This document shows, piece after piece, positions 19,145-31,100 of a DNA stretch of 64,000 nt; the stretch's first letter is position 1, and the number at the start of each line of letters is the position of its first letter. Source of the DNA: a virus; IMG/VR virus record IMGVR_UViG_3300008448_000002, positions 130,658 to 194,657 of that record; one strand, written 5' to 3'. The notes below the pieces were generated by a model that saw nothing but the letters and a program-made list of their open reading frames with translations, did not search any database and had not been told where the DNA came from. The position numbers and the translations under genes were made by a program.

Positions 19145-19424
19145 AGAAACCATAAGACAACAAATTGACGAAAAGTATTCTTTTACAAATATTATTAATC
19201 ATGTTCTTGGTACTAAGATAGAAACAAGTTATATTAAAAGTATAAGAGAAAATTATACTGATGAACAAATAGTTGACTTTATGAAAATGGTAGCTTTATT
19301 AAAGAATACCCTTATTTCAATAAACAATGACCCTATACTACAAAAAATATATTATGATATTTTAGAAATGAGCAAAAAAGAGTTAGAGAATGAACAACAA
19401 AAACCTGAGTGCCTTACTTGTTGA
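19134..19424 (+). CDS. Hypothetical protein
   Basis: ORF tiled in the operon. Confidence 0.65.
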   Translation: MITEETIRQQIDEKYSFTNIINHVLGTKIETSYIKSIRENYTDEQIVDFMKMVALLKNTLISINNDPILQKIYYDILEMSKKELENEQQKPECLTC

Positions 19425-20319
19425 TAATGTTAGTGGAGATAATATTATTGTCGATTCGGCAAGAGTATCATTTGCCAAAAGTTCAACAAATTATACTGAC
19501 GAACAAAATAAAAAATTAATCAACTATTTGGCAAAACACAATCATTTTACCCCATTTTGTCATGCTAGGGTTGATGGTATTCTCGAAACAAATGAAGAGT
19601 TTATTGATACCTTATTGGAAACACCAGAATTATATGCTGGCTTGGCATTAAAAAAAATAGGTAAAAATATCTATTGGGTAAATGGTTCATTGTATGCTCT
19701 AATGAAACTCTCTGCTACTGGATTAGAAGAGTTAGAAGGATTATTCCCCTTTTCATATGAGGCATTAAAAAATAATACAACACAAACATTTAATGCTGGT
19801 AGTTTTAAAATATTGACTGATAGTAAATTAGAAATATGGCATGATTCTTTTAAAGATGAAAAGTTTAGAATGATTTATAAAACTATTCATGTTAAAGCAC
19901 CAATATTTGTTGCCAGACAACTAGTAAAGCATCAGGTATCCTTGGTTTGGAATGAAGTATCCAGAAGATATGTTGACGATGCTATTGAATATTTCTATCC
20001 AGATGTGTGGAGAGGCAAAGCGTCAAATAAAAAACAAGGGTCATCCGATGAAGTAATTAATGTTGATAATGATTATATAAACAGTTTCTTAAATAGTGTA
20101 GCAGTTCTCTATAACAAATTGCTTGAAGATAATGTTGCTCCAGAATTGGCAAGAATTGTAACACCTCTTAATTCAATAACCGAATGGTATTGGACAGGAA
20201 GTTTGACGGCATTTAAAAGAGTGTGTAATTTGAGATTAGACTCACATACTCAATTAGAAACACAAGTAATTGCCCAACAAATACAATCAGAAATAAAAAG
20301 ATTATATTCAGAGTTTTAA
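19390..20319 (+). CDS. thyX: FAD-dependent thymidylate synthase
   Basis: ARVSF, H.TPF, APIFVARQLVKHQV..VWNEVSRRY and LRLDSHTQLE motifs. Confidence 0.93.
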   Translation: MNNKNLSALLVDNVSGDNIIVDSARVSFAKSSTNYTDEQNKKLINYLAKHNHFTPFCHARVDGILETNEEFIDTLLETPELYAGLALKKIGKNIYWVNGSLYALMKLSATGLEELEGLFPFSYEALKNNTTQTFNAGSFKILTDSKLEIWHDSFKDEKFRMIYKTIHVKAPIFVARQLVKHQVSLVWNEVSRRYVDDAIEYFYPDVWRGKASNKKQGSSDEVINVDNDYINSFLNSVAVLYNKLLEDNVAPELARIVTPLNSITEWYWTGSLTAFKRVCNLRLDSHTQLETQVIAQQIQSEIKRLYSEF

Positions 20320-20320
20320 A

Positions 20321-20659
20321 ATGAATACTTATAGATTTACGTTTGAATACTATAGTGATAAGCATTCCAGAACAATAAATCAACATAGGCATTTTTTAAT
20401 TAGTAATTTTGTAAAAAACTATAATAAACTCTTTGATACTAATGTAAAAATGTACGTCCGTAGAGATGGAAAGAGTTTTTATATAGTCAATAATGAATCA
20501 CATTTTAATATATACTATCGCACTTATCATGACTCTTATAGATGTTGTATTATAGTAGAAATTAACATAACTATATCCGATGTAGAATTATCTACAATGA
20601 AACTATCATATGATGATATATTTGATTATCAATTAAACGATATTGCCGTTATGGTATAA
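20321..20659 (+). CDS. Hypothetical protein
   Basis: 112-aa ORF whose 3' end overlaps the convergent tail fibre gene by 31 bp. Confidence 0.6.
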   Translation: MNTYRFTFEYYSDKHSRTINQHRHFLISNFVKNYNKLFDTNVKMYVRRDGKSFYIVNNESHFNIYYRTYHDSYRCCIIVEINITISDVELSTMKLSYDDIFDYQLNDIAVMV

Positions 20660-22473
20660 TCTAAAGCTGCGCCGCCAGAAAGTGACACTGTTAAATAACC
20701 AGAACCATCTTGTCCATAAGTTCTTGTGGCGCATCCTCCGTTATTAACAGAGGAGATAACATCTCTGTTACCAACAATAAAATTAACAACGTCAGAAAAC
20801 TCTAACCCACCTGGTCCAGTTTGTCCATAAATCTTTATTAGTCCTGCTTGTAGAGGAGTAAAGGACAAAGTACCAGGACTTGGTATTACTCCGTACACTT
20901 TTCCTCTTTGTTGTTCTTTAAATACTGTATTATCCTCAAATATCGTTCCGTCATTCGCCGTAATAGACATTTTCTTAACAGCACCAGCACTAAACTCAAT
21001 GGCGTTATTTGAATCTGCCATTATTGCCATTCTATCATACGAATACAGCAATCCACCAGAACCAGTTATACCATTATAATTATAAGATGGTTCAGTTCTC
21101 TGTATGAAAACAGATTTTATATTATCGGTTGTTTCTCTAACAGCAACAGTTGAACCATATGCTGTTAGTGCCGAATCAGCAAATGTTACAACATCTCTTG
21201 CCGCCTGAACATCATATACAGCAAACTTTGTAGCAGTATTTGATGAATATACCAAGTAATCACCAAATGATGATTGTTGTAATCTAACGCCAGCATCACC
21301 AAAAATATGAAGTCCAGTGCTAGGATTGTTTGTACCAATTCCTAATTTTCCCGTAGATGATAATCTTGCTTTCTCCGAGCCACCCGCGCTAAATACAATA
21401 TCTCTGGCATCCGCTGCCATTAATGCCAGTGTATCATTTGATTTTAATAAACCACACCGCCCTGTTATACCATTAAAGTTATAACTAGAACCTGTTACTT
21501 CTAAGGAAATAAACTCGTTCCCGTTTTGGGCGTTACTGACAATCAATCCGACAGATGTATTTACGTTTGGTAAAGTAGCACGAATTGTACATGTTTGACC
21601 GTTATGACTTAAAATATCATAAACTCCTGAAACATCATAAACAAAAAATCTTTTAGTTTGAAAGTCCACCCCAATTGAATAGTCTGATATATTAGAACGC
21701 AATCTTACGGAAGGATTTTCTGTTGTTTTTAAAACGTCAATACTACCAACGGGATTTGCTATGCCAATACCTAGTTTGCCACTCGCAGTTAATCTAGCTT
21801 GTTCGAGACCACCTGTACTAAAAACAATAGGATTATTAGTATCCGCCATTAAGGTCAATTTATCAAATGAATATAGTAAAGAACCTTGTCCTGTAGCACC
21901 ATTGTAATTATAATTAGAACCTAGTCGAAGAAAAGAAGCAACTTGTGATGGTGCTTCGCTGTTTATAACTCTAATTCCATCACCTGCCGTTACTGGAAAA
22001 GTAACAACAAAATCATTATTATTTGTACTTCTTAATTTCTGCCATGTGCCACCACCTTCAAAATAATCGGTTGTATCATTAGGAGTAGATGCTATTTTGT
22101 AATAACTCAACGAATTATCAGTCGTATTATACCATAAGTTACCAAGAGTATTTGGGGTTGATGGAGAAGTTGACCCAGTATTTAATGCCGGAATAGTATT
22201 CCAACGTGTATTTTGTGAATCATATAATTTCAAAGCCGCTAGTCTATTGCCGTTTTTTGTTTTATGATGCCATAATTGACCATCTAATGGATTTAGTGGT
22301 GATACACTACTAGAAAAGTTTTCTAGCAACTTTACTATGTTTTCTGCCGATGGTTTAGCATATGATATATAATCTTTTCCAAACAATATCAAACTAGTGG
22401 CAGATGTATCGCCTCTGCCATTATCAATAGTTGTTAATAGTGAACCGTCTGTTTTTCTGATTTCAATAGCCAT
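20629..22473 (-). CDS. Tail fibre protein
   Basis: N-terminal TDG..LTTI..G...TSL.L.GK....ENF.....P..P..GQLW baseplate-attachment-type segment; KLGIG..NP repeats. Confidence 0.8.
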   Translation of the reverse strand: MAIEIRKTDGSLLTTIDNGRGDTSATSLILFGKDYISYAKPSAENIVKLLENFSSSVSPLNPLDGQLWHHKTKNGNRLAALKLYDSQNTRWNTIPALNTGSTSPSTPNTLGNLWYNTTDNSLSYYKIASTPNDTTDYFEGGGTWQKLRSTNNNDFVVTFPVTAGDGIRVINSEAPSQVASFLRLGSNYNYNGATGQGSLLYSFDKLTLMADTNNPIVFSTGGLEQARLTASGKLGIGIANPVGSIDVLKTTENPSVRLRSNISDYSIGVDFQTKRFFVYDVSGVYDILSHNGQTCTIRATLPNVNTSVGLIVSNAQNGNEFISLEVTGSSYNFNGITGRCGLLKSNDTLALMAADARDIVFSAGGSEKARLSSTGKLGIGTNNPSTGLHIFGDAGVRLQQSSFGDYLVYSSNTATKFAVYDVQAARDVVTFADSALTAYGSTVAVRETTDNIKSVFIQRTEPSYNYNGITGSGGLLYSYDRMAIMADSNNAIEFSAGAVKKMSITANDGTIFEDNTVFKEQQRGKVYGVIPSPGTLSFTPLQAGLIKIYGQTGPGGLEFSDVVNFIVGNRDVISSVNNGGCATRTYGQDGSGYLTVSLSGGAALDYTITAISFN

Positions 22474-22500
22474 GTATATTTATCCTATAGTTTGTATAAC

Positions 22501-22508
22501 TATTTATA
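22501..22508 (-). promoter_or_regulatory. T4-late promoter TATAAATA
   Basis: Exact T4 late consensus 28 nt upstream of the tail fibre start. Confidence 0.7.
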
Positions 22509-22512
22509 ATTA

Positions 22513-24429
22513 TTATACGGAGGTATAAACGATAACATCAACAGAACCTAATAATGAACCAAAGTCATTCGGACCATCATCATAATTTACGTTCCACAAT
22601 CTAAAACTAGTCGCTGTTTTATTTGTATACGAGGAAACACCTTGTCTACCAACATTCCATGACATTGTACTATTGATGAAATAGTTATCAGGTGAACCAA
22701 GGTTTTCAGACAAAAATACATCAACATAACCAGAAGTATTATATGTTATACTTGCTATTCCAGATGAGTTTGTAAGAATTGCCAAACTAGGGTTAGCTGT
22801 TATAATAACAGTTGGTATTGAGGCATGAGTTCCTCTATCATTGATAGTAATAGATTGAATGTTTCCAAGATTAAAAGTTACCGCAGAAGCGGTGCCTGTT
22901 CCCGATGAAAAGGTAATTGCTGGAGGAACAACATACCATTGCCCTTGTGAAGTAACTGTAATTACCCCAAGTTCAAAAGTTAAATTTACCGTTGCCCCTG
23001 TTCCCCCCGATGGAGAAACTGTTGTGGCGGCTCCCGTTGCTGTTGGTAAGGCAGTATAGTTACCAGTAGCCAACAATGTTAAACCAGTTATAACACCGCT
23101 AGATACCGTTGCTACTGTAGCAGTAGCACTTGTGCCACTTCCACCTGTCACTGTTATTGTATTACCAACAGAATAACCTGTTCCACCATTGTTCACTGCT
23201 ATTGTTTTAACGCGCAATGATGCTGTAGCTGCCCCCCCAGACCCAACAGCGGGAGAAAATTTAACTATACCTCTAGCAGCTATTCTTAGTCCAGCATTAG
23301 CCTGTCTTAATTTTAATGGAGATATAGCAACTACATCAGATACTCCCGCAATAGCTTCTGGAGTTGTTGCCACCTTTAATACATTTGTTAGCAATGAGCC
23401 ATCAAGAACAGGCAATCTTCCACCTGATATAACCTCAACCACATTTCCAACACTAGTTCCAACATTTCTTGCCGCCGCATTACCAGCGTTAGTAATATCT
23501 GCTAATACATGAGTATGACCCACGTTAGATTTTCCAGTATTTAAAGAATCAATTTGTGATTGTAAATTATTTGTATTAGTTGTTAAAGAATCGTCAAATG
23601 CCAACTCTCGCCAATTCGACCAAGATGAACTTGATGAATCTTTTATTCTTAGAGCCAGCTTACTATTGGGAGTTGAAGAATTAATATCCCAACCAACTGA
23701 TAAATTGAATCCTGTTACATCTGTTGGATTAACTCCAAATCTTGATAATACTACTATACCACTTCTTGAGTTATTGATTTGGTCTGGACTTTGTGGAGTA
23801 TCAACACCATATATCCCATCAGGTTGACCTGTGGTATTTGTAAAATATTCTGGGGGCGTGGTTGTTGCCGTTGGAACTTTTAATAAGTGGTTATGAGTGG
23901 TTAATGAATAGTTATTAAGAGTGATAGGTTGTACGAATGTAGCCGTTGCCCATGTCTCAGTTGCCAAATTTACTGGATTTATCGAAGCTGTATTCTGATA
24001 TAACTTAATTTTCTTAACTACATCATCCCAATATACTGTTCCCGCGAAAGACAACGCACTAGCAGAAGAAACACTTGGTAATTTAAGTCCAACTGTACTA
24101 GTAAGGTCAATAGTTCCTGTTGTGGCACTAAAAGTTTTTGCCGTAACAATTCCATTAGAAGCTAAGGTAATGTTACCAGATGAAAATGTTAGGTTTCCTG
24201 ATAATTGACCGCCAACTAAAGGAAGATAATTAGCCGATAAAAAAGCCGCATCAATAAAGGTTTTCCAAGAACCATCCCAATATTCTATTTCACTTGTTCC
24301 CTCATTCCATCGCATAGTCCCATTAACAGACGTAGATGGTCTAGGTGTTTGACTAGGTAAGGTTATTCCCCCTGCTCCTCTAACGTCTAATCTTCCGCCA
24401 CTACCACTAACATCTATTACTTTGCTCAT
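22513..24429 (-). CDS. Tail fibre / structural protein carrying a third copy of the 152-aa module
   Basis: G.MRWN..T..IEYWDG, HTHVLADIT and AT..EAIAG motifs; the module spans about 22791-23232. Confidence 0.75.
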   Translation of the reverse strand: MSKVIDVSGSGGRLDVRGAGGITLPSQTPRPSTSVNGTMRWNEGTSEIEYWDGSWKTFIDAAFLSANYLPLVGGQLSGNLTFSSGNITLASNGIVTAKTFSATTGTIDLTSTVGLKLPSVSSASALSFAGTVYWDDVVKKIKLYQNTASINPVNLATETWATATFVQPITLNNYSLTTHNHLLKVPTATTTPPEYFTNTTGQPDGIYGVDTPQSPDQINNSRSGIVVLSRFGVNPTDVTGFNLSVGWDINSSTPNSKLALRIKDSSSSSWSNWRELAFDDSLTTNTNNLQSQIDSLNTGKSNVGHTHVLADITNAGNAAARNVGTSVGNVVEVISGGRLPVLDGSLLTNVLKVATTPEAIAGVSDVVAISPLKLRQANAGLRIAARGIVKFSPAVGSGGAATASLRVKTIAVNNGGTGYSVGNTITVTGGSGTSATATVATVSSGVITGLTLLATGNYTALPTATGAATTVSPSGGTGATVNLTFELGVITVTSQGQWYVVPPAITFSSGTGTASAVTFNLGNIQSITINDRGTHASIPTVIITANPSLAILTNSSGIASITYNTSGYVDVFLSENLGSPDNYFINSTMSWNVGRQGVSSYTNKTATSFRLWNVNYDDGPNDFGSLLGSVDVIVYTSV

Positions 24430-24430
24430 A

Positions 24431-25102
24431 TTATAAACTAATCCTTATTGTATATACTATTTCAATAAGTCTATTTAAACTTTTTTGAATGGGGTTAAAA
24501 ATAACATGGGTTATTAAATTACCGTTACCAGGAATAGTATCAAATGTTTTAATCCCAATTTCATCAAATACAAATGTTCCTTCTGTTGTGGCACTATTAT
24601 CGAATGCTTGCTGTCCCGCTGGTTCTGAATAATCCAAAGTGGCGGTGATAACAATATCAGTGTATGTTGTATTTACAACGTGTCTAACCTCTATATAATT
24701 GTTTGCTGTATCTGTATTCAAAGCTGATTGGTCATTTACCACTTTAAAATATGTTGGATTATATAAATCGGCATTAATATTTGTTGTGTTTGGTGGAAAA
24801 TAAGTAATAGCTCCCGTTCCAGAAACTACACTCCCGCCATTACCAAAGTGTATTTCATGGATATTACCTTCTGGTCTATTCGTGAGTGAATTAGCAAGGG
24901 CAATACTCATGTTTTCAAAATGTATGGCATTGTCTTTGTCTAACAATACTTCATTGGTATTTTTATCGGTTATAGTTAAGTGACCCTTCATAAAGGGCTT
25001 ACTTTTTTCAATATTACCATTTTTATTTATAATTACAGATTCGCCATCTTTAATGGTGATAAAATCTGATACACTTGTTTTAATATTTTCATTCATTAAC
25101 AT
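24431..25102 (-). CDS. Baseplate / tail-collar structural protein
   Basis: FGNGG, FDEIGI and HVIFNPIQKSLNR motifs within the baseplate block. Confidence 0.65.
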   Translation of the reverse strand: MLMNENIKTSVSDFITIKDGESVIINKNGNIEKSKPFMKGHLTITDKNTNEVLLDKDNAIHFENMSIALANSLTNRPEGNIHEIHFGNGGSVVSGTGAITYFPPNTTNINADLYNPTYFKVVNDQSALNTDTANNYIEVRHVVNTTYTDIVITATLDYSEPAGQQAFDNSATTEGTFVFDEIGIKTFDTIPGNGNLITHVIFNPIQKSLNRLIEIVYTIRISL

Positions 25103-25133
25103 TTTAATTTTGTCCTATTGTATATATTTATGA

Positions 25134-28100
25134 TTATTTTACCACACTTGCTCCATTATGACTACTATTATCTAAATATTGTATCCAATCATTCGTTCTT
25201 TGTATTAAATCTGTTTGGTTTTCAAATCCTGTTGTTTTCCACAATACTCTATTAATAGTTTGATTTACCAAAGGTAATGCTTGTTGATTAGATAAGTCAT
25301 AGACGGGGCGTTTTGTTCCTGTAGAAACATTGAATCTCACTGTCTCTACATCAGAAAGAATACTTGTATGTGTAATATCATTCGCGTCATTCCAACTATC
25401 TGCTACCACATCAACTATAATATCACCTCTTAATGAGTTTTCATCAACTGTTTGTTGTATATCTTTTTGTCCATGACTCGCGGAATTTATATATTTATGA
25501 TTTTTATTAATGGCAAGAGACAAAGGTTGAGTAGCGAATAGTTTTATAAATTTTATCTGATTATTAACTATAGTAAAATCAACGCCATATTGCTTAGAAT
25601 CATACCCATATACGGTTTCATCTTTATATTTTCTTACATATACATATAACTTAGAGAAGTCACCATTCCATGAAGTAGGAATTGAATAAGTTGATATATC
25701 TATTTCATTTGTTACTGAATTATGTATTATTCTATCTCTTTTACAAGATTTACCAGTCATTGTGCCAGCAAACCCTCGCTCTATATTCTTTAACTCGAAT
25801 GTTCCATCTTGGTTGTCAACTACCTTCCAATACAATATTTTCTCGTTAGATACATTTAATATTCCTGGAATCTTACTAATATCTAGGGTTTCTAAATAAA
25901 ACTTTTTAGTAGTGATAATAGTTCCGTTAATTGATACATCACTCAGGGTTATTGTTACATTTCCACCAGAAGGAGAGGAGATAGCAGTTATTTTTCCCCT
26001 AGCCCAAACAGAAAAATTAGTTGACTCCCTTACATAGACTATTTGATTTACATAAAGGTTTTTAGAGTTCTTTGTCGCTGTTGTTATAGAAGTAACACCA
26101 GAATTAATTGTTTTTAAAACAATAGCAAAAGATTTTCTGATTTTATTTACAAATGTTGAACTAGGATTTTCTGGATTGTGAAGAATACCATCCTCGAATA
26201 TATTAGAACTTGAGCCAGTATATTGTACGGTTATTGATGTTGAATTATTCAAAACATCATTATCCAATAATAATTCACTATCTAACTTTCTCTTGATTGA
26301 CCAATTCTCCAAAGAACTCTTGAACATTTCAAATGATAACGGTTTTGTATTGGCGTAATAGTTTACATTTGCCGTTGTTGAATCGCTATACTTCCATGAT
26401 GTTGTTCCATCAACAATAATATTATTAGTTGTGCTTTGTGGACCAGTACCAGATACATTAGATGTACCAGAAGAAACGCAAGTATATATCTTTCCGCTAT
26501 TTTTTACAATATCTCCCTTAGTATAGATAGTATTTTGTGTCCATGAGTTTAGGGCGGTAATATAATCCGCAAAATCACTGTCTGATTTTTGATAAAAGTT
26601 AAAGTTTAATACATCATTTGTTTTTGTTTTTACTAACTCTTCTGGTCTATCGGAATCCCATCTTGATTGTTGGAAAGCACCACCATTAACAAGAATATCA
26701 CTTGATGTATAAGTACTAGCATCCGTTTCTTCAAAATCTCCATTAATTTCATTTGGTTGATTTCCAATTAAATTAATATCAATATAACTAGCAACATTGA
26801 TTTTATTGGCAAATCTACAATCTCCAGAACTGTCCCAAGCAATAGTATAAAACTCTCTCCATTGATTGAGTAGTGTATCCCATATAAAGTATTGTATAGG
26901 CTCTAGTGTTACAGTAACAATAGTTCCATTAACTACCAATGAGTTTTGTGAAAGATAATTTCTTTCTTGTATGGTTGATACAACCATATCTTTATAATCT
27001 ATATCATTTTTTCTGTATGTTTTAGATAAATCCGTGTATAATTCAGCGTCATCTACAAAGGTTACTCGACTTGTATCCCAACCAAAGCCATTGTCCCAAC
27101 TGTTTAATGTATCACAATCAACCTCGTTTTTATCTAGGTCATTGCCTTTAATGGTTGTCCCTCTAAAGGCGGCACCAGAAATAAGAAGATTGGTATCCTT
27201 TCTTTGTTCGGTTAAGTCAGGTTGATAATGACTCATTATTCTATCATAAGCACCAGATTGTCTATCCCAACCAATAGCAAAAAATTCTTTCCATAATAAG
27301 TTTGTGGCATCATACATATAGTATCTGTTGTTTTCTTTAACATATACAATTGTTCCAGAAATTAAAGTTGTTGTTCCCTCTAAAGCATCCCTATCCAAAA
27401 GAGTATTTACAACTCTGTCATTGTAATTTAATGATGTGTTGGCACGATACTCTTGTTCTAGGGCAGAAAAATTATATATCATTCTATTGTTGACATACAC
27501 AACCTCAAAAGCATCCCAAGGAATTGAGTTCCATCCACTCGATGTAGTTGATGAGTTTCTATCAAAAACGATAGAAGTTTTCATTTTTCTAACAGGATTC
27601 CAGTTAATATCCCACGATTCATTGTTTGTTTTAGTATAATTACTATACCAATCATTCCAAGGAGATGTATTAAGAATCGCCACATCAGTAGAATTGTTTT
27701 CATCTAGTATTCTATATGTTAGGGTATTAGTATCAAAGTATACTGGATTATCAAAATCGGTAGATGAAACAAGTGTATTATCAATGTCGGAACTAAATGT
27801 ATCATTAAAATCTCTAACTTTTACATGATACGGTTTTACCTCATTGACAAAGCTAAGTATGTCATTGGTCTTATTTTTTGTTACAACAGGACTTTGAATG
27901 AGTTTATTTGATGTTCCTGCTATCTTCATGAAGCTCGTCTTAAATGCCCAGTCAACATTTATACCTTGACTATATGATTTTCTAATCATTGTTATAAACA
28001 AGTCATTTTTCTCAATAGATAACAACAATTTATCTTTTAAACTATCTAATATAAACTTTAACTCATAGCTACCATCTCTTCTATAAATATCTTCTATATT

Positions 28101-31100
28101 ATATCCATAGAAACCATATATTACTTTATCTGTATTATAGAATACATCTGTTAATGAAATGGTTGCTTTTTCTCTGGCAACAGTCTTCCACTGAGAGTTT
28201 TCACTTATAAACCACTCCCATCTTCCTGTACCATTATCCTTTACTTCTACAATAATATTACTTGTATCATTTAGAGTAAGGTTCAACTGTGAGAAATATA
28301 AATCTTGTAATGTATCGAAGAAATAAGAAGGAGTATCATTCTTATCAAATCCAGTAGAATACCAATCAACTCTATTCCATATATAGTTTTCTTGATTTTT
28401 GTATTTTTGGGCAGATTCCAAAATAAATCCGAAGCCATCAGAAAACGGATTTGTAGGTTGATACTTCCATAAAGTCCAAAATCCAAAATATTCACTGGTA
28501 TTTTTAATAAGAATTTTCTGTCCCGATGTCAGGAGTAAACTTGTTGATATAATATTTCTATCGGCAATAGATTCTGCCTCGAATGAATACTGTGATATAT
28601 CTGGAAGTTTATCCTCGTTGAGAAAGATACTTTCCCATTCTAATCTATCATCAATAATAGGATATTTTAAGAAAATACTATTTAGTTTCTCAACTAATGT
28701 TTTTCTGGCATCTCTACTGGCAGAATATCTACCAATTGAATTAACTTCTGGTATAAACATTGTTTGTCTTGGTCTAAAGTTTATACCATATACTTCTTTT
28801 TTTGTTAAATTAGATTGTGGGACTGTATTTTCATTATACACAGTGTTTGTCTGTATACCTATTGTTCCAATAGGTCTATATTCACTCGATACTACGCCTT
28901 GTAGTGTATTACCAAACTTTGATTTATAAGTAACAATAATGTTACCCATTGTGATTTCGCCACTATCTGCTAATTCAGATGAATCTACAACTCTTAACTC
29001 GATACTATTCGGTGTCAGAGCAGTTGTGGTTACTATTGATACTTCCTTGACAGTAACAGAATTATCCCAACCAATTAAACTATCAGTCATTTTTTTCCAA
29101 AGTAAATCTGGAACATCATTGGATTTACTTTGTTGGCTAATCAATGTATATTCTTTATGCCAACTATTCTGTATCTTAGATTCATTCCAATCTAAAGAGA
29201 ATATCGTGCTAGTATCGTTCAAGTAATTTCCAATACCGCCAATCAATAATTTATTAGTGTCAATCGCGGCAAACCAAGGAATATTACTATTGTTTGGATT
29301 ACTTATTGTATTTGCTACCTGTTGTGCCGTTAATTTTCTATTTTTAATATTAGTTTTTTGTGAGTCTTTTACCCAAAAATAATAAAAAGTTTGATTGGTC
29401 TTAGTATCGTCATTCCATTCAATGCTCGTAGCATATGATTCAATATTTTTTACTATACCTGTGTATTTTTCCGTAAGAGTATTATTTTTAGTTCTGGCAA
29501 CTAATGCCGCATATTCAGATGGCAATACAGGGCTTTTTGTCCATTCATAAATATCAATAGATGCTTTAGGTAGTAATTTACCCCAATTTCTCCACTTATA
29601 TTCATCGGTAGATGACTCATATTCATAATACTTAACAGTAGATACATCCCACCATAGTAAACCAGTTTGTTTACTATTCCAGCTTCTATTACTATCTATA
29701 GTTGTATTATCTTCCTTACTGAAATCATATATAGCAGGGTCATATTCAATTTTATAAGTAATTTCTCTGTCAATTACTCCTGGAATATATCCTTTTCTTG
29801 GGTCAAATAATTGTAGTGTTTGCTTTATAGTATTAGTTAAATTGTCGTAAATTATTGCCTTAGCAAATATAGACTGGTCATTTTTCTCTGTTTCTCTTAA
29901 TTGTTGTATCCATCCATTATTATATTGATATATTCCCCAATAATCATTGGGAGTTTGAACATTATCTACAAATGACAAATCTGTATTTCTCCATCCTCTT
30001 ATTGGCTGTCTTCCGCTCAACGACATATCGGATAAAGTAGTGAATCTTAAAGGAGATAATGAGTAAACATCACCATTTGTCGCATCGTCAGTTAAAACAA
30101 TAGGTGTATTATCATAGTTATTGAATATTTCCAATGCTTTATCAAAACTATAATCAATTGTCACATTGATTAATCCATTGTTACCATCGGCATCTAATGT
30201 TAAAATCAAATCGTCATCTATATCAATAGGAATATTATTAATAGTATATGTTAAACCACTTTTTAAATCAATATCGCCAGTTCTTAAAACTGTTACAAAA
30301 GTAGTAAATGTATCATCAAAATCTACCAATTCGTTTGTTAAGAAATCATAGGCAGATAATATCTTTACTTTGTAAACTAAATCTTCTGTTACAGATGATG
30401 GAATAGGAAGATTGAAAATCTGTCTCCAATCACCAACAGAACCATTTGGACTATTAAATTCAACACCACTTCCTGATAGAGTAGGAGATACTGGTCCACC
30501 TGTGTAACCATATACATTTACTGTATTATCGGGATTTGTGACTTCAAACATTACTCTTGTTTTATTGGCACTGTCTGTTAGATTTAATTCTGCCGTTGCT
30601 TGTGTATTTGTAAATATTGGACTTGTTGGGGCATCAATATCAACTGTAATTGGTGTACCCGTATAATTACAACTACCAATAGTATCAATAGAGATATATT
30701 CAATAGAGTAATTAAGGATGGCTTCTGCGGTTGCTCCAAACCCGCCCCCGCCACTTATGATTACTGTTGGTGGAGTCTTGTATTTAAATCCAGTACCACC
30801 AACGGGAACAAGGGTTATCTCTGTAACCTCGCCATCTACCACTGTAGCAAAAGCCTGTGCCGCCGTTCCATCACCACCAACGAAAAATACCTCTGGTGCT
30901 GTAGTATAGAAAAATCCACTATTTGTAATATTAACTCTGGCAACAAAACCAGATATGTTAGCTGTTGCCTTTACACCTTGGATACCATTAATTGTTACTT
31001 GTGGGGCAACCTCATATCCACTGCCGCCATTTAATATTTGTACATTAGATGGTATTTGATATATTCCACCCCGTCTTATCATTTCAATAGGAACAGTTGT

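Noticed and set aside
20629-20659. 31-bp convergent overlap as a regulatory feature
   Set aside because: Short tail-to-tail overlaps are common in dense phage genomes, and no additional structure was seen.
4774-23232. Diversity-generating retroelement template/variable repeat pair
   Set aside because: The differences checked between copies are mostly synonymous third-position changes rather than adenine-specific, and no reverse transcriptase is in the window.
25690-25760. Intein in the 4174-aa protein (IHNS motif)
   Set aside because: No matching N-terminal splicing block or homing-endonuclease motif was seen.
4644-31034. Antisense ORFs such as 5170-5370, 22859-23059, 23189-23512 and 30600-31034
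   Set aside because: They are shadows of Ala/Thr/Gly/Val-rich codons on the opposite strand, lack an RBS and lie wholly inside longer real genes.
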